Source: Acidobacteriota bacterium (GTDB lineage Bacteria; Acidobacteriota; UBA890; WLXD01). From it: a stretch of DNA of 64,000 nucleotides. Location: positions 160,001 to 224,000 of the forward strand of contig CAXWPH010000011.1 of assembly GCA_963666055.2 (NCBI GenBank). Direction: 5' to 3'. The notes beneath the pieces are model-generated. The model searched no databases, was not told the DNA's origin, and worked only from the letters and a program-made list of their open reading frames with translations. Position numbers and translations under genes: made by a program. This document shows positions 17,369 through 28,204 of the stretch, piece by piece; positions within the stretch are counted from its first letter, which is position 1, and each line of letters starts with the position of its first letter.

Positions 17369-18253
17369 GTGCGGCAGGCAAGCGCGTTCCACAACCGCGT
17401 CACTGCCGACGGCTCATCGGGCTTCACTGCCGAGGCCGGGCGCTATCATCTGTACGTCTCCTATGCCTGTCCCTGGGCTCACCGGACAATCATCTTCCGC
17501 CGCCTGAAGGGGCTCGAGGAGTGCATCGGCATGACCGTCGTCGACCCGATCCGCGACCAGCGCGGCTGGGCCTTCACCGGCGCGGCAGGCAGTGAGCTGG
17601 ACCGGCTGAACGGCTTCGATTTCCTCAGCGAGGCCTACCTGGCCAGCAACCCCGGCTTCGACGGCAGGGTGACGGTACCCGTGCTCTGGGACCACCAGGA
17701 GCGAATGATCGTCAACAACGAGTCGTCCGAGATCATTCGTCTGCTCAACTCGGAGTTCGACGCCTGGGGCAACGCCGAAGCCGATTACTACCCGGCTGAG
17801 CTACGCGCCAAGATTGACGCGATCACCGAGCTCATCTATCCGAACATCAACGACGGCGTCTACCGTTGCGGCTTCGCCACCTCCCAGGCAGCCTACGACG
17901 ACGCCATCGCCGCGCTCTTCGCGACCCTCGATCAGCTCGAGGAGCGGCTGGCGGGCCACCGCTACCTGGTGGACGACACGATCACCGAGGCAGACTGGCG
18001 CCTGTTCACGACCCTGGTGCGCTTCGATCCGGTCTACGTCACCCACTTCAAGTGCAACGTCCGGCGACTCATCGACTACCCCAACCTCTGGGGCTACACG
18101 CGTGACCTGTATCAGCAGCCCGGGATCGCGGACACGGTGAACCTGGACCACATCCGGCGCCACTACTACGTCACCCACCGCAGCATCAATCCGCACGGGA
18201 TTATTCCGGCGGGCCCGGAGATCAACTACTCGACCCCGCACGGGCGTGCCTGA
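17369..18253 (+). CDS. Glutathionyl-hydroquinone reductase (Xi-class GST, YqjG-like); start uncertain
   Basis: RYHLYVSYACPWAHR, VTVPVLWD, NNESSEII and RFDPVY.HFKCN. Confidence 0.93.
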   Translation: MRQASAFHNRVTADGSSGFTAEAGRYHLYVSYACPWAHRTIIFRRLKGLEECIGMTVVDPIRDQRGWAFTGAAGSELDRLNGFDFLSEAYLASNPGFDGRVTVPVLWDHQERMIVNNESSEIIRLLNSEFDAWGNAEADYYPAELRAKIDAITELIYPNINDGVYRCGFATSQAAYDDAIAALFATLDQLEERLAGHRYLVDDTITEADWRLFTTLVRFDPVYVTHFKCNVRRLIDYPNLWGYTRDLYQQPGIADTVNLDHIRRHYYVTHRSINPHGIIPAGPEINYSTPHGRA

Positions 18254-18320
18254 CACGTACCGAGATCCCCTGCAGCGCTAGGAGTACCCGTGCGAAGACG
18301 GTCACGACGGTGGCTTTCGT

Positions 18321-18350
18321 TATGTAATAGTATTATGCGCATATGCGCAT
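18321..18350. promoter_or_regulatory. AT-rich promoter/operator with a 16-bp palindrome upstream of argR (candidate ARG box)
   Basis: ATGCGCATATGCGCAT at 18335-18350, preceded by TAATAGTATTA. Confidence 0.45.
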
Positions 18351-18372
18351 TTTCTTAGGACCGTAATTCTCG

Positions 18373-18846
18373 ATGCCGACCCGTACCAACGCTGCCCACC
18401 GCCGTCTCCTCTTACGTCGGCTGATCGAGCGCCAGGAGATCTCCTCGCAAGAGGATCTCGTTAGTCTTCTGGCGATGCGCGGTCACACCGTCAGCCAGGC
18501 AACGGTGTCGCGCGACCTCTCTGCCATCGGAGCGGTGCGCGAATCGCTCGACGGCGCCAGCACCATCTATCGACTGGTCGCAACCGCGGCCCAAGCTGAC
18601 GAGCTTCACGATCGATTCCGACAGTTCGTGCACGAGATCACTAGCTCCGCCAACATCGTAATCGTCCGCACACCTCCTGGCGGCGCTCACGCCGTTGGTG
18701 TGGCGCTCGACGATACCCGCGATCGCGGCCGCCTGCCTGAGGTGCTCGGAACCGTGGCTGGCGACGACACCCTACTCATCGTGACGCGGTCCGCCAGAGG
18801 CGGCAGCCGGCTCGCACGCAAACTCGAATCAATGTTGGAGGCCTGA
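18373..18846 (+). CDS. argR: Arginine repressor
   Basis: [23 protein letters not shown] and GTVAGDDT. Confidence 0.95.
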   Translation: MPTRTNAAHRRLLLRRLIERQEISSQEDLVSLLAMRGHTVSQATVSRDLSAIGAVRESLDGASTIYRLVATAAQADELHDRFRQFVHEITSSANIVIVRTPPGGAHAVGVALDDTRDRGRLPEVLGTVAGDDTLLIVTRSARGGSRLARKLESMLEA

Positions 18847-18847
18847 C

Positions 18848-20053
18848 ATGAAAGTTGTGCTGGCGTACTCGGGAGGGCTCGACACATCGGTCATCCTGCG
18901 GTGGATTCAGGAAAACTATGATGCCGAGGTAATCGCCTACACGGGGGATGTCGGCCAGGGTAGCGACGAGGTCAGCAATGCGCGCCTGGCCGCCAAGCGC
19001 ACAGGCGCGAGCGCCATCGAGATCGACGACCTGCGCGAGGAATTCGTCACCGATTGCATCTTCCCGGCGCTGCGCGCCAACGCGGTCTACGAGTGGTACT
19101 ACCTCATGGGTACGGCGCTGGCGCGGCCGGTACTCGCCCGCGGCCTGGTGCGCGCCGCCGAGAAGCACGGAGCCGAGGCCATCGCGCACGGCGCCACCGG
19201 CAAGGGCAACGACCAGATCCGCTTCGAGATGGCAGCGTACGCGCTCAAGCCAGACATCAAGATTATTGCCCCGTGGCGCGAATGGAGCTTCAAGGGACGC
19301 TCCGACCTAGTTGCCTACGCTCAGGAACACGGGGTCGATCTGTCGGCAGCACCCCGACCTGAGTACTCGATGGACGCCAACCTCATGCACGTCTCCTACG
19401 AAGGTGGCGTGCTCGAGGACCCGTGGGCGCCATCACCGCCGGGCATGTTCCGCATGACTACCGACCCCGAGAATGCACCGGACGAGCCTGAATACGTCGA
19501 AGTCTCCTTCCGCGAGGGCGTGCCCGTCACCATCAACGCCGAGGAGCTGTCGCCAGTAACTCTGGTGGAGCGTGCCAACGAGATCGGTGGACGCCACGGA
19601 GTGGGCCGCGTGGACATGGTTGAAAACCGCTTTCTGGGTATGAAGAGCCGTGGTGTCTACGAAACCCCCGGCATGACGTTGCTCATGCACGCCCATCGCG
19701 CCGTCGAGTCGATTACGCTCGACCGTGAGGTGCAGCACCTGCGCGACGAGCTCGTGCCGCGCTACGCCGAGATGGTGTACAACGGTCTCTGGTTCAGCCC
19801 CGAGCGCGAGGCCTTGCAACAGTTCATGGACTCGGTGCAGGAGCGCGTCACTGGCGACGCGCGTTTGAAGCTGTACAAAGGCGCGGCGACGATCGTGGGG
19901 CGGCGCTCGGCAACCCGTACGCTCTATGACAAGGCCACGGTGACCTTCGAGGCCGACGACGTTTACGACCAGAGCGACGCCACGGGCTTTATCCGGCTAC
20001 GCGCACTACGGCTGCGCACTCTGGGCGCACGTCGTATCTCGGAGGGCGAATGA
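18848..20053 (+). CDS. argG: Argininosuccinate synthase
   Basis: [24 protein letters not shown] and SRGVYETPG. Confidence 0.98.
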   Translation: MKVVLAYSGGLDTSVILRWIQENYDAEVIAYTGDVGQGSDEVSNARLAAKRTGASAIEIDDLREEFVTDCIFPALRANAVYEWYYLMGTALARPVLARGLVRAAEKHGAEAIAHGATGKGNDQIRFEMAAYALKPDIKIIAPWREWSFKGRSDLVAYAQEHGVDLSAAPRPEYSMDANLMHVSYEGGVLEDPWAPSPPGMFRMTTDPENAPDEPEYVEVSFREGVPVTINAEELSPVTLVERANEIGGRHGVGRVDMVENRFLGMKSRGVYETPGMTLLMHAHRAVESITLDREVQHLRDELVPRYAEMVYNGLWFSPEREALQQFMDSVQERVTGDARLKLYKGAATIVGRRSATRTLYDKATVTFEADDVYDQSDATGFIRLRALRLRTLGARRISEGE

Positions 20054-21432
20054 TGCCCCTACTCCGTGGCCGCTTCGACGCGCAGGTCGACAAGCTCATG
20101 CAGCGCTTTGCGTCGTCGCTGCAGATCGATCTGCAAATGCTCGACGAGGATATTCAGGGGTCGCTGGCGCACGCGCAGATGCTCGGCGAGACCGGCATCA
20201 TCTCGAAACAGGAAGCTGCCGCCCTGTGCGACGGGCTGGCACGAGTGCGCCAAGACCTCGCGGCGGGGGCCTGGGTACCGGGCGACGAGCTCGAAGACGT
20301 GCACATGGCAGTCGAGGCGCGCCTGTCCGAGCTCCTCGGTGACGTCGCGGGCAAACTGCACACGGCTCGGTCGCGCAACGATCAGGTGGCCACCGACCTG
20401 CGCCTATGGCTCAAAACACGTCTGCAACGGCTCGACGGTGCGCTGATCGAGCTGCTGCGCGTGCTCTTGGACCGGGTCGAAAGCGACGGCTCCACGGTTC
20501 TACCCGGATACACCCACCTACAACGAGGGCAGCCGATTCTCTTCGGCCATCATCTGCTGGCGTATACATGGCCGTTGTCACGCGACCTCGGCAGAGTACG
20601 GGACGCATTGCATCGATTCGACGAGTGTCCTCTGGGGGCGTGCGCGATGGCGGGCACTTCGTTCCCTATCGATCGGCATCGCACCGCCGAGCTCCTTGGC
20701 TTCAGGGTGCCGACAGAGAACGCGATGGATTCGGTAGCGGCGCGCGACCACGTTCAGGAGGTCGCCAGCGCCTGTTCGATCCTGTCCTGCAACCTCTCGC
20801 GCATGGCCGAGGAGCTGGTCCTCTGGAGCTCGGCCGAGTTCGCGTTCGTTCGCCTCAGCGATGCCTATTCCACCGGATCGAGCATCATGCCGCAAAAACG
20901 CAACCCTGACGCCGCGGAACTTGTTCGCGGTAAGTCAGCATCGGTGCTCGGCAACTGTGCCGCCCTGCTGGCCCTGCCTCGCTCTCAACCATTCGCGTAC
21001 AACCGCGACTTGCAGCAAGATCGCGAGGCGCTGTTCGCGGCCGTCAAGACGACCATCGACTGTGTACTCGTCATGACGGAGGTGTGGCGAACCCTCTCGA
21101 TCGACTGCGAGCGCTTCGAGGCCGATCTGGTTGGCGACTTCAGTCTGGCAACTGAGGTCGCCGACGAGCTCGCCCGTGGCGGCCTGCCATTCCGTGCCGC
21201 GCATGGAATCACCGCTCGGTTGGTCCGCCGTTGCGAGGACCGAGGCTGCACGCTGGACGGCCTGGCCGCAGAGGAGCTCGAAGCCCTCCATCCAGGGCTC
21301 GGCGGCGTGGTGTCTGGCGTCGGCTCGCCGCGCGACGCGGCGGAACGCCGGCGATCACACGGCGGGTCGTCATCGTCGGAGATTGCCCGGCAGGTCGCCG
21401 TCCTGCGCAAGGTCGTCGCAGCGTCGACCTGA
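20050..21432 (+). CDS. argH: Argininosuccinate lyase
   Basis: [16 protein letters not shown] and [12 protein letters not shown]. Confidence 0.97.
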   Translation: MMPLLRGRFDAQVDKLMQRFASSLQIDLQMLDEDIQGSLAHAQMLGETGIISKQEAAALCDGLARVRQDLAAGAWVPGDELEDVHMAVEARLSELLGDVAGKLHTARSRNDQVATDLRLWLKTRLQRLDGALIELLRVLLDRVESDGSTVLPGYTHLQRGQPILFGHHLLAYTWPLSRDLGRVRDALHRFDECPLGACAMAGTSFPIDRHRTAELLGFRVPTENAMDSVAARDHVQEVASACSILSCNLSRMAEELVLWSSAEFAFVRLSDAYSTGSSIMPQKRNPDAAELVRGKSASVLGNCAALLALPRSQPFAYNRDLQQDREALFAAVKTTIDCVLVMTEVWRTLSIDCERFEADLVGDFSLATEVADELARGGLPFRAAHGITARLVRRCEDRGCTLDGLAAEELEALHPGLGGVVSGVGSPRDAAERRRSHGGSSSSEIARQVAVLRKVVAAST

Positions 21433-21499
21433 ATCCAGCCGCGGGCCGCGACGTCGAGTTCGGTCGGCTGTCGGGCTTCGTTCGCCCACCAGCGACGCG

Positions 21500-22726
21500 C
21501 TAGCTACAATCTGGTGCGGGCTCGTCACCCGGCTCGGATGGAAGCGCGCAATCGAGCAGCTGCCCTTTCGCTCGGAGCTCGTCGTCTATCCCGTCGCCGG
21601 TGAGGAATATCCGCTCTTGATAGGCGCCAAAGAAGGCGGGATACAGCGGACCCATTGCAGCGAGCTCATCACTCGAGAAACGGACCGCCGGCAGCAAGTA
21701 GCGGGGAGCGGCCGGCCACTCCGGATCAAGGACGAGGCGGTAGCCATCCCAGGACGTCAGGAAGGAGATGAACTCCCGCGCCAGCCGCTGCCGCTCACGC
21801 GGCAGATCGGCGGCCACGGCGAGCCCGTCCACCCACCCCACTGCGGCGGCTCCGCCTGAAGCAGGGGGGAGTGCGCGAACGGCGATCGACTCGGCGCTCA
21901 AGCAAGCGTCGGCAGGTCCGCACTCGGCGGCGATCTCGGTCAGCGCAAAATGAGACATCTCCGAATAACCCACGTAGGCCCGCGCTTCTCGTCGCGCAAA
22001 ACGCCGAGCATAGTACCCTACGCGGCCGTGGTACGCATCGCTTCGACAGGAGCCAGCCGGGCAGGAATCGAGGGTTTCGGCAAGAAGCGACACCGCTCCC
22101 TCGTCGAGCGTCGCGGTGGTGAGATCGCGAAGGATCTCTTCCCTCCCGGCTCCACCGGCGGCGAGCGCCGTGACGTACCACTCGCCCAAAGTAGCGGTGC
22201 TCAGATCTATGAGCAGCCCACCGGTATCGTCGCCCAGGACCTCAAGGAGCGCCTCCCAAGTTGCCGCCTCTCTGATCGCATGATCGTCAGCTTCGTAGTA
22301 GAGGAAGTTGCCGCACACCCAGTGGGGGATCGCCCAGATCGAGCCATCCACGGTACTCGCCGCGAGGGCACCTTTGATGAAGCGATCCGTCACCGAGCCG
22401 AGCGCCGTCAGCTTCCCCGCATCGACCATATCGGCAAGAAGCACGCTATCGATCTCGTATACGTCGGCCTCAGCCGACAACAGCCCACCGCTGTAGTACG
22501 ACCGTGACAGCGGAGTGAGCTCTCCCGAAATCGGGTCGCGAGAGGTCTCGACTAACTCCAGATTCACGCCGGGGTGAGAGGCCTCAAAGGCAGCTTCGAG
22601 CTCCTGAAACAACCCTCGGCTATCCGGCACGTATGGATAGAGAGCGACCCGAAGCGCGGCCGGCTGTTGGCAAGCGGCGGCACCCAGACATCCGAGGACG
22701 GACAGAACGACCGCCACCTGGCGCAC
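21500..22726 (-). CDS. Thiaminase I (thiamine pyridinylase)-like lipoprotein
   Basis: Lipobox LGAAAC; LRVALYPYVPD, DVYEIDS, PHWVCGNFLYY (catalytic Cys) and YVGYSE (catalytic Glu). Confidence 0.75.
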   Translation of the reverse strand: MRQVAVVLSVLGCLGAAACQQPAALRVALYPYVPDSRGLFQELEAAFEASHPGVNLELVETSRDPISGELTPLSRSYYSGGLLSAEADVYEIDSVLLADMVDAGKLTALGSVTDRFIKGALAASTVDGSIWAIPHWVCGNFLYYEADDHAIREAATWEALLEVLGDDTGGLLIDLSTATLGEWYVTALAAGGAGREEILRDLTTATLDEGAVSLLAETLDSCPAGSCRSDAYHGRVGYYARRFARREARAYVGYSEMSHFALTEIAAECGPADACLSAESIAVRALPPASGGAAAVGWVDGLAVAADLPRERQRLAREFISFLTSWDGYRLVLDPEWPAAPRYLLPAVRFSSDELAAMGPLYPAFFGAYQERIFLTGDGIDDELRAKGQLLDCALPSEPGDEPAPDCS

Positions 22727-22914
22727 AGCCGCTGCAGTTGGTGGTGGGAGGATCACGTATGGCGACAGTTTGTCTGCCAGGCGTTTCCGATCTCCCCCTC
22801 TCTGCCGAGCTAACTCGACGGGACCGGTGGCCAGCGTTGGCATCTGGGTAAGCTCTCCGGTAGTGCGATCGTGACTTGCAGGCTAGCGACGGCAGCAATC
22901 AGCCGTCGCGCAGG

Positions 22915-23436
22915 TCAGAAGATATCCGGGCGAGGTTGCGGCGCGGCTCGTTTGCCAGTCGTGTGCTGGTCCTGAATCTTGTCCTGTAGCTTCATCAGGC
23001 CGTCCAGGACCATCTCCGGACGCGGGGGGCATCCCGGTATGTAGACATCCACCGGCATGATGGTGTCGATACCCATGACGGTGGCGTAGTTGTCGTAGAA
23101 GCCGCCGGTGCAGGTGCAGACTCCGAAGGCGACCACCCAATTGGGCTCCGCCATCTGGTCGTGGATGCGCTTCAGCACCGGCGCCAACTTGTGACTGATG
23201 GTGCCAACGACGAAGAGCACATCGGCCTGGCGGGGGGAGAATCGTGGCAGCCCAGCACCGAATCGGTCCACATCGTAATGGGAGCAGGCGGTGGCCATGT
23301 ACTCCATACCGCAACACGCTGTGATGAACGGGTATTGGAAGATCGAGTACTTCCGGGCCCATCCGATGGCTGCGTCGATGCGGCTGGTGAAGAACCCCTG
23401 GTTTTCCGGGCCGAAGTAAGTCGGGTCGTTCTGCAT
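22915..23436 (-). CDS. nuoB: NADH-quinone oxidoreductase subunit B (stand-alone)
   Basis: TACCGMEY, RFSPRQAD, QMAEP.WVVAFG.C..GG.Y and PVDVYIPGCPPRPE. Confidence 0.93.
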   Translation of the reverse strand: MQNDPTYFGPENQGFFTSRIDAAIGWARKYSIFQYPFITACCGMEYMATACSHYDVDRFGAGLPRFSPRQADVLFVVGTISHKLAPVLKRIHDQMAEPNWVVAFGVCTCTGGFYDNYATVMGIDTIMPVDVYIPGCPPRPEMVLDGLMKLQDKIQDQHTTGKRAAPQPRPDIF

Positions 23437-23654
23437 GCTTCCAGTCTAAGGTGTCGTCGTCCGGCGCGTAAACATCGCCGAACATCGAGCAAGACCCCCC
23501 CCCTCTCTACCGGGCCCGGGACACGCAGACCGCCCCTCGGCACAAGGAGTTCCTCAGCTCCCGGCGCTGCAGCGCGGCGATCGGGCGGTAGTCCACCCGC
23601 TCCTGCCTTTGCTCGGCCAGCGTCGATGCGGCAGACTGCGCGGCGGAGACGCCC

Positions 23655-25128
23655 ATGACAAACGACCCCGCTGGCAACGAGTTCGATCGTCACCTCACAG
23701 AGCTAATTCTCGATGCCGCCGGTGAGGGCGTATACGGGCTAGATTGCGATGGCCTGACGACCTTCGTGAATCCGGCAGCCGCCCGCATGCTCGGGTATCC
23801 GGCCGAGGAGCTCATCGGCGCGTCGATGCACTTGGTGTTGCACCACAGTCGCGCCGACGGCTCATGCTATCCGTCCGAGGACTGCCCCATATACGCGGCA
23901 TTTCATGATGGCCTCGTACACACGGTCAGCGACGAAGTGTTCTGGCGCCGGGACGACTCGAGCTTCCCCGTCGAGTACACGAGCACACCGATCCGGCGCG
24001 ATGGGGAGCTGTGCGGCGCGGTGGTGGTGTTTCGTGACGTCAGCGAGCGAGTGCAGGCCGAGCGGAACCTACGCACCGCTCTTACCGAAGTCCAGGAGCT
24101 GAGGGATCGCCTTAGCGCCGAGAACGAGTACCTGCAGGAAGAGATTCACACGACGCACAACTTCCGCCAAATCATCGGCGATTCAGCGCCGCTTCGGCGG
24201 GCGCTGCACGCCGTCGAGACGGTCGCGCCCACCGACGCCGCGGTGTTGATTACCGGCGAGACGGGAACCGGTAAGGAGCTGATCGCGCGCGCCATCCACG
24301 ACCTCAGTGGGCGGCGCCACAAGCCGCTGATCAAGGTCAACTGCGCCTCGATCCCGAGGGAGTTGTTCGAGAGCGAGTTCTTCGGTCACGTGCGCGGCGC
24401 CTTTACGGGCGCGGTGCGTGATCGCATGGGACGCTTCGAGCTCGCCGATCGCGGCACGCTGTTCCTCGACGAGGTGGGCGAGATTCCGATCGAGATGCAA
24501 AGCAAGTTGTTGAGGGTGCTGCAGGACGGCAACTTCGAGCGCGTCGGCGAGCCGCGCACCCGAAAGGTCGACGTCCGCGTCATCGCGGCAACCAACCGTG
24601 AGCTCCGGGAAGAGATCGCAGTTGGACGCTTCCGGGAAGATCTCTACTACCGGCTGAACGTCTTCCCGATACCGATCGCGCCTCTGCGTAACCGACGCGG
24701 CGACATCCCGGCACTGGCGTCTCACTTCCTGCAACAGGCCCGCGTACGACTCAACCGGCCTGACGCGCGGCTGACCCGGGCAAGCTTGACGATGCTGCAG
24801 GCCAGCGACTGGCCGGGCAACGTCCGGGAACTGCAGAACGTCATCGAGCGCGCCGTCATTCGCGCCGCTCCCTCTGGCGCCCTGCGCATGGACCTACCAG
24901 AGGGTACGGAGCCCGTCGAGCTTGCTGTGCCGACCGGATCCCAGGCTGACTCGGAGATTCTCCCCGACGCGGAGTTCCGCCGTCGGGAGCGGGCCAACAC
25001 CCGCGCCGCCCTCGAGGCCGCCAAACTGGAAGGTCTACGGAGCCGGAGGCGCGGCCGAGATTCTCGGGATCCGGCCCACCACCCTCGCCTCGCGCATCAA
25101 GAAGCTAGGACTTTCCCGCCTCGAGTGA
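23655..25128 (+). CDS. PAS-domain sigma-54 enhancer-binding activator; +1 frameshift at ~25023-25025 before the Fis-type HTH
   Basis: PAS domain, [21 protein letters not shown] and [10 protein letters not shown]; the alternative frame gives [30 protein letters not shown]. Confidence 0.9.
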
Positions 25129-25161
25129 GGCAGGCGCGCGTGTTCCGAAACGTCACTTCCG

Positions 25162-25216
25162 TCACGAACTTTCGTGGAAACGGGCACGACTCTTCGTGAT
25201 TCACGACATTTCCTGA
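25162..25216. promoter_or_regulatory. Three 16-bp imperfect palindromes, candidate activator UAS
   Basis: TCACGAACTTTCGTGG (25162), GCACGACTCTTCGTGA (25184) and TCACGACATTTCCTGA (25201). Confidence 0.6.
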
Positions 25217-25284
25217 CCGCAGCGAGGACGCGCACCTCGGTGATAAGTACCGATGAATAAACCATAAATCATGATCGTCTGAGT

Positions 25285-25301
25285 CTGGCACAGAGCCTGC
25301 A
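25285..25301 (+). promoter_or_regulatory. Sigma-54 -24/-12 promoter
   Basis: CTGGCACAGAGCCTGCA gives GG-N10-GC; it follows an AT-rich tract and lies next to a sigma-54 activator gene. Confidence 0.75.
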
Positions 25302-25381
25302 AACACCGTTCCTTCGACAAGCCGATCCGGACCACACCGGTCGGGGTCACAAAACAGGGGGAGACCCCCCGAGGAGGAACC

Positions 25382-25822
25382 GTGAGGCTCGATATCAAGT
25401 TGACCGTCTTGGCCGGAGTCGTGGGCACGATCGCCTTCGATCTCGCCGGCCTGCTGTTCACCGGCCAGTGGTGGGACATTCCCAACCTGCTCGGGGCCAA
25501 GCTGGGGATCGGTCTGGCCGCCGGCGTGCTCGCCCACTACAGCAACGGCGTGATCCTGGCGGTGATCTTTGCTGCGCTCGCCGACGTCATCCCAGGCCCG
25601 CGTTGGTCGCGTGCCTTCACCTTCATCACCGTGCAGACGGTGTTCGGCGTGTGGCTGTTCATGCTGCCGCTGCTGGACATGGGCATCGCCGGCCTCGGCG
25701 TCAGCGCCATGATCCCGGTGATCACACTGGCCCGCCACTGGGCGTACGCCGGTGCCCTGGAGTTGGTGCTCCGGGCACACCCGGCGAGCCGCGCCCTCAC
25801 CACCGCCTCCATCAACGCCTGA
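25382..25822 (+). CDS. Small 4-TM membrane protein
   Basis: GAGGAGG RBS, GTG start, hydrophobic helices with intramembrane His (AHYSNG, RHWAY). Confidence 0.75.
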   Translation: MRLDIKLTVLAGVVGTIAFDLAGLLFTGQWWDIPNLLGAKLGIGLAAGVLAHYSNGVILAVIFAALADVIPGPRWSRAFTFITVQTVFGVWLFMLPLLDMGIAGLGVSAMIPVITLARHWAYAGALELVLRAHPASRALTTASINA

Positions 25823-25847
25823 GCCCGTGCTCGGGAGAGAGAACGCC

Positions 25848-26600
25848 ATGCGTCGCAATGTTGCCAATACAGCCGCCCTTACTTTGTTCGCCATCTTCAT
25901 CGCCATGCCGGCATCCGGCCAGCTGCCCGATCCCGGCATGCGCATCACGCCGGGGAACACGGCCCTGCTGATCACCGACCCACAGAACGACTTTCTCAGC
26001 CCCGACGGGGTCGCCTGGGGAGTCGTCGGCGAGAGCGTCACTGAGAACGACACTGTCGCCCACATCGAAACACTGTTGAGAACCGCCAAGGAAACCGGCA
26101 TGGGGGTATTCATCTCGCCGCACTACTACTACCCAACCGACCACGGCTGGCACTTCGAGGGAGCGCTCGAAGCGTTGATGCACAAGATCGGCATGTTCGA
26201 CCGGCGGGGCCCGCTTGACGTGACTTCGTTCAGTGGCTCGGGTGCCGACTGGCTGTCTCGCTACAAGCCCTACATCGAGGACGGCCGCACGGTAATCACC
26301 AGTCCGCACAAGGTCTACGGACCCGAAACCAACGACCTTGTCCTGCAGCTGCGCAAGCGAGGCATCGACAAGGTCATCCTCGCCGGCATGTCGGCCAACC
26401 TGTGCACCGAGTCGCACATGCGGGAGCTGATCGAGCAGGGCTTCGAGGTGGCGGTGGTAGGGGACGCGACTGCGGCAGCGAAGGTCGCCGAGGGCGACGG
26501 TTACGCCGCCGCGCTGGTGAACTTCCGCTACATCGCCAACGACCTGATCACCACGGCCGCGGCGGTGACAGCAATCCGCCACGCCCAGTCCACTGAGTAA
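25848..26600 (+). CDS. Exported cysteine hydrolase (isochorismatase family)
   Basis: Signal peptide; [18 protein letters not shown] and [12 protein letters not shown]. Confidence 0.9.
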   Translation: MRRNVANTAALTLFAIFIAMPASGQLPDPGMRITPGNTALLITDPQNDFLSPDGVAWGVVGESVTENDTVAHIETLLRTAKETGMGVFISPHYYYPTDHGWHFEGALEALMHKIGMFDRRGPLDVTSFSGSGADWLSRYKPYIEDGRTVITSPHKVYGPETNDLVLQLRKRGIDKVILAGMSANLCTESHMRELIEQGFEVAVVGDATAAAKVAEGDGYAAALVNFRYIANDLITTAAAVTAIRHAQSTE

Positions 26601-26605
26601 GGCAC

Positions 26606-27010
26606 ATGCCAACCGCGATCAAGCCTCCGTTCACTGAAGAGACTGCCCGCGCCAAGGTGCAGGCCGCCGAGGATGCGTGGAACAGCTGCGATCCGGAGCG
26701 GGTGGCGCTCGCATACAGCGAACGCTCCGAGTGGCGCAACCGCGATGAGTTCTTCTGCGGTCGCGAGGCAATCCGGGCGTTCCTACGCCGCAAGTGGGAC
26801 AAGGAGCTCGACTACCGCCTCATGAAGGAGCTGTGGGCATATACCGACAACCGCATCTCCGTGCGCTTCGAGTACGAGTGGCACGACGCGGATGGCAACT
26901 GGTACCGCACCCACGGCAACAAGCACTGGGAGTTCGATGTCGACGGGCTGATGTCACGGCGCGACATGAGCGCCAACGACATCCCGATCGACGAGTCCGA
27001 AAGACACTAG
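26606..27010 (+). CDS. DUF1348 / SnoaL-like (NTF2-fold) protein
   Basis: [36 protein letters not shown] and RFEYEWHD. Confidence 0.9.
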   Translation: MPTAIKPPFTEETARAKVQAAEDAWNSCDPERVALAYSERSEWRNRDEFFCGREAIRAFLRRKWDKELDYRLMKELWAYTDNRISVRFEYEWHDADGNWYRTHGNKHWEFDVDGLMSRRDMSANDIPIDESERH

Positions 27011-27073
27011 CCGGGCCAGGAGACGGCCGTCTCCCGGCACGTGCCAACTGCGAACGAACGAGGAGAAAGAACC

Positions 27074-28043
27074 ATGAACCGCTTCAAGCTAACCCTGACT
27101 GCCCTCGCCCTGGTAGCCGTCGCCGGCAGTGCGCTGGCCTACCCGACGGCTGAACGAGTCGACGTCTCGGGCACCGCATATCGCACCGTACAGGTCGACG
27201 GGCTCGACATCTTTTATCGGGAGGCCGGTCCGGCAGACGCCCCCGTTCGTGCTCCTGTTGCACGGCTTCCCCACTTCGTCGCACATGTTTCGCGCCTTGA
27301 TCCCCGAGCTGGCTGAGAGCTATCACGTGATCGCCCCGGATTATCCGGGCTACGGCAACAGCTCGGCTCCCGGCGCGGACGAGTTCGATTACACCTTCGA
27401 CAACCTCGCCAACCTGATCGAGCGGTTCACCGAGCAGATCGGCCTGCCGAGGTATTCGATTTATCTGATGGACTATGGCGCTCCGATCGGCTTTCGCCTG
27501 GCGACGCTTCACCCCGAGCGTGTGCAGGCATTGATCATCCAGAACGGGAACGCCTACGACGAGGGCATCGACAACGTGTTCTGGGAGCCGATCAAGCGGT
27601 ACTGGGCTGCCCCGACGACCGAGAACGGCAACTCGCTACGCGGCCTGCTCACCCTCGAGGCGACCAAGTGGCAGTACACCCACGGCGTGCGCAACGTCGA
27701 GGCGATCAGCCCCGATACCTGGGGCCACGTGCAGCCGCTGCTGGATCGCCGCGGCAATCAGGAGATTCAGCTCGACCTGTTCTACAGCTACGGCTCCAAC
27801 CCGCCTCTGTACCCACAGTGGCAGGAGTACCTGCGCACCTGGCAGCCGCCGACTTTGATCGTGTGGGGCAAGAACGACCAGATCTTTCCAGCCGCCGGAG
27901 CCTATCCGTACCGGCGCGACTTGCCGCAGGCGGAGCTACACCTACTGGACACTGGCCACTTCGCCCTCGAGGAGGACGGCGCCACGATCGCACGGCTGAT
28001 GATTGACTTCCTCGCTCGACACCTGGACCAGGTAGGTGAGTAG
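27074..28043 (+). CDS. Exported alpha/beta hydrolase (epoxide hydrolase/haloalkane dehalogenase-like); +1 frameshift at ~27246
   Basis: AGGAG RBS and ATG 27074; [12 protein letters not shown] | [21 protein letters not shown] and GHFALE. Confidence 0.88.
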
Positions 28044-28204
28044 CGGATCCAACAAGGACTTATGATGAGCACGTTCGGTGAACGCAGGAAGGTACTGTCG
28101 AACAACATGCTCACAACGCCTACGAAGACCCGCATCGAGTCGGTCCGCCGCTGGCGCCAAAAGCATGCGCAGCAGGAGGCGCCGGTTTTCAGCCGGACGG
28201 TGTG

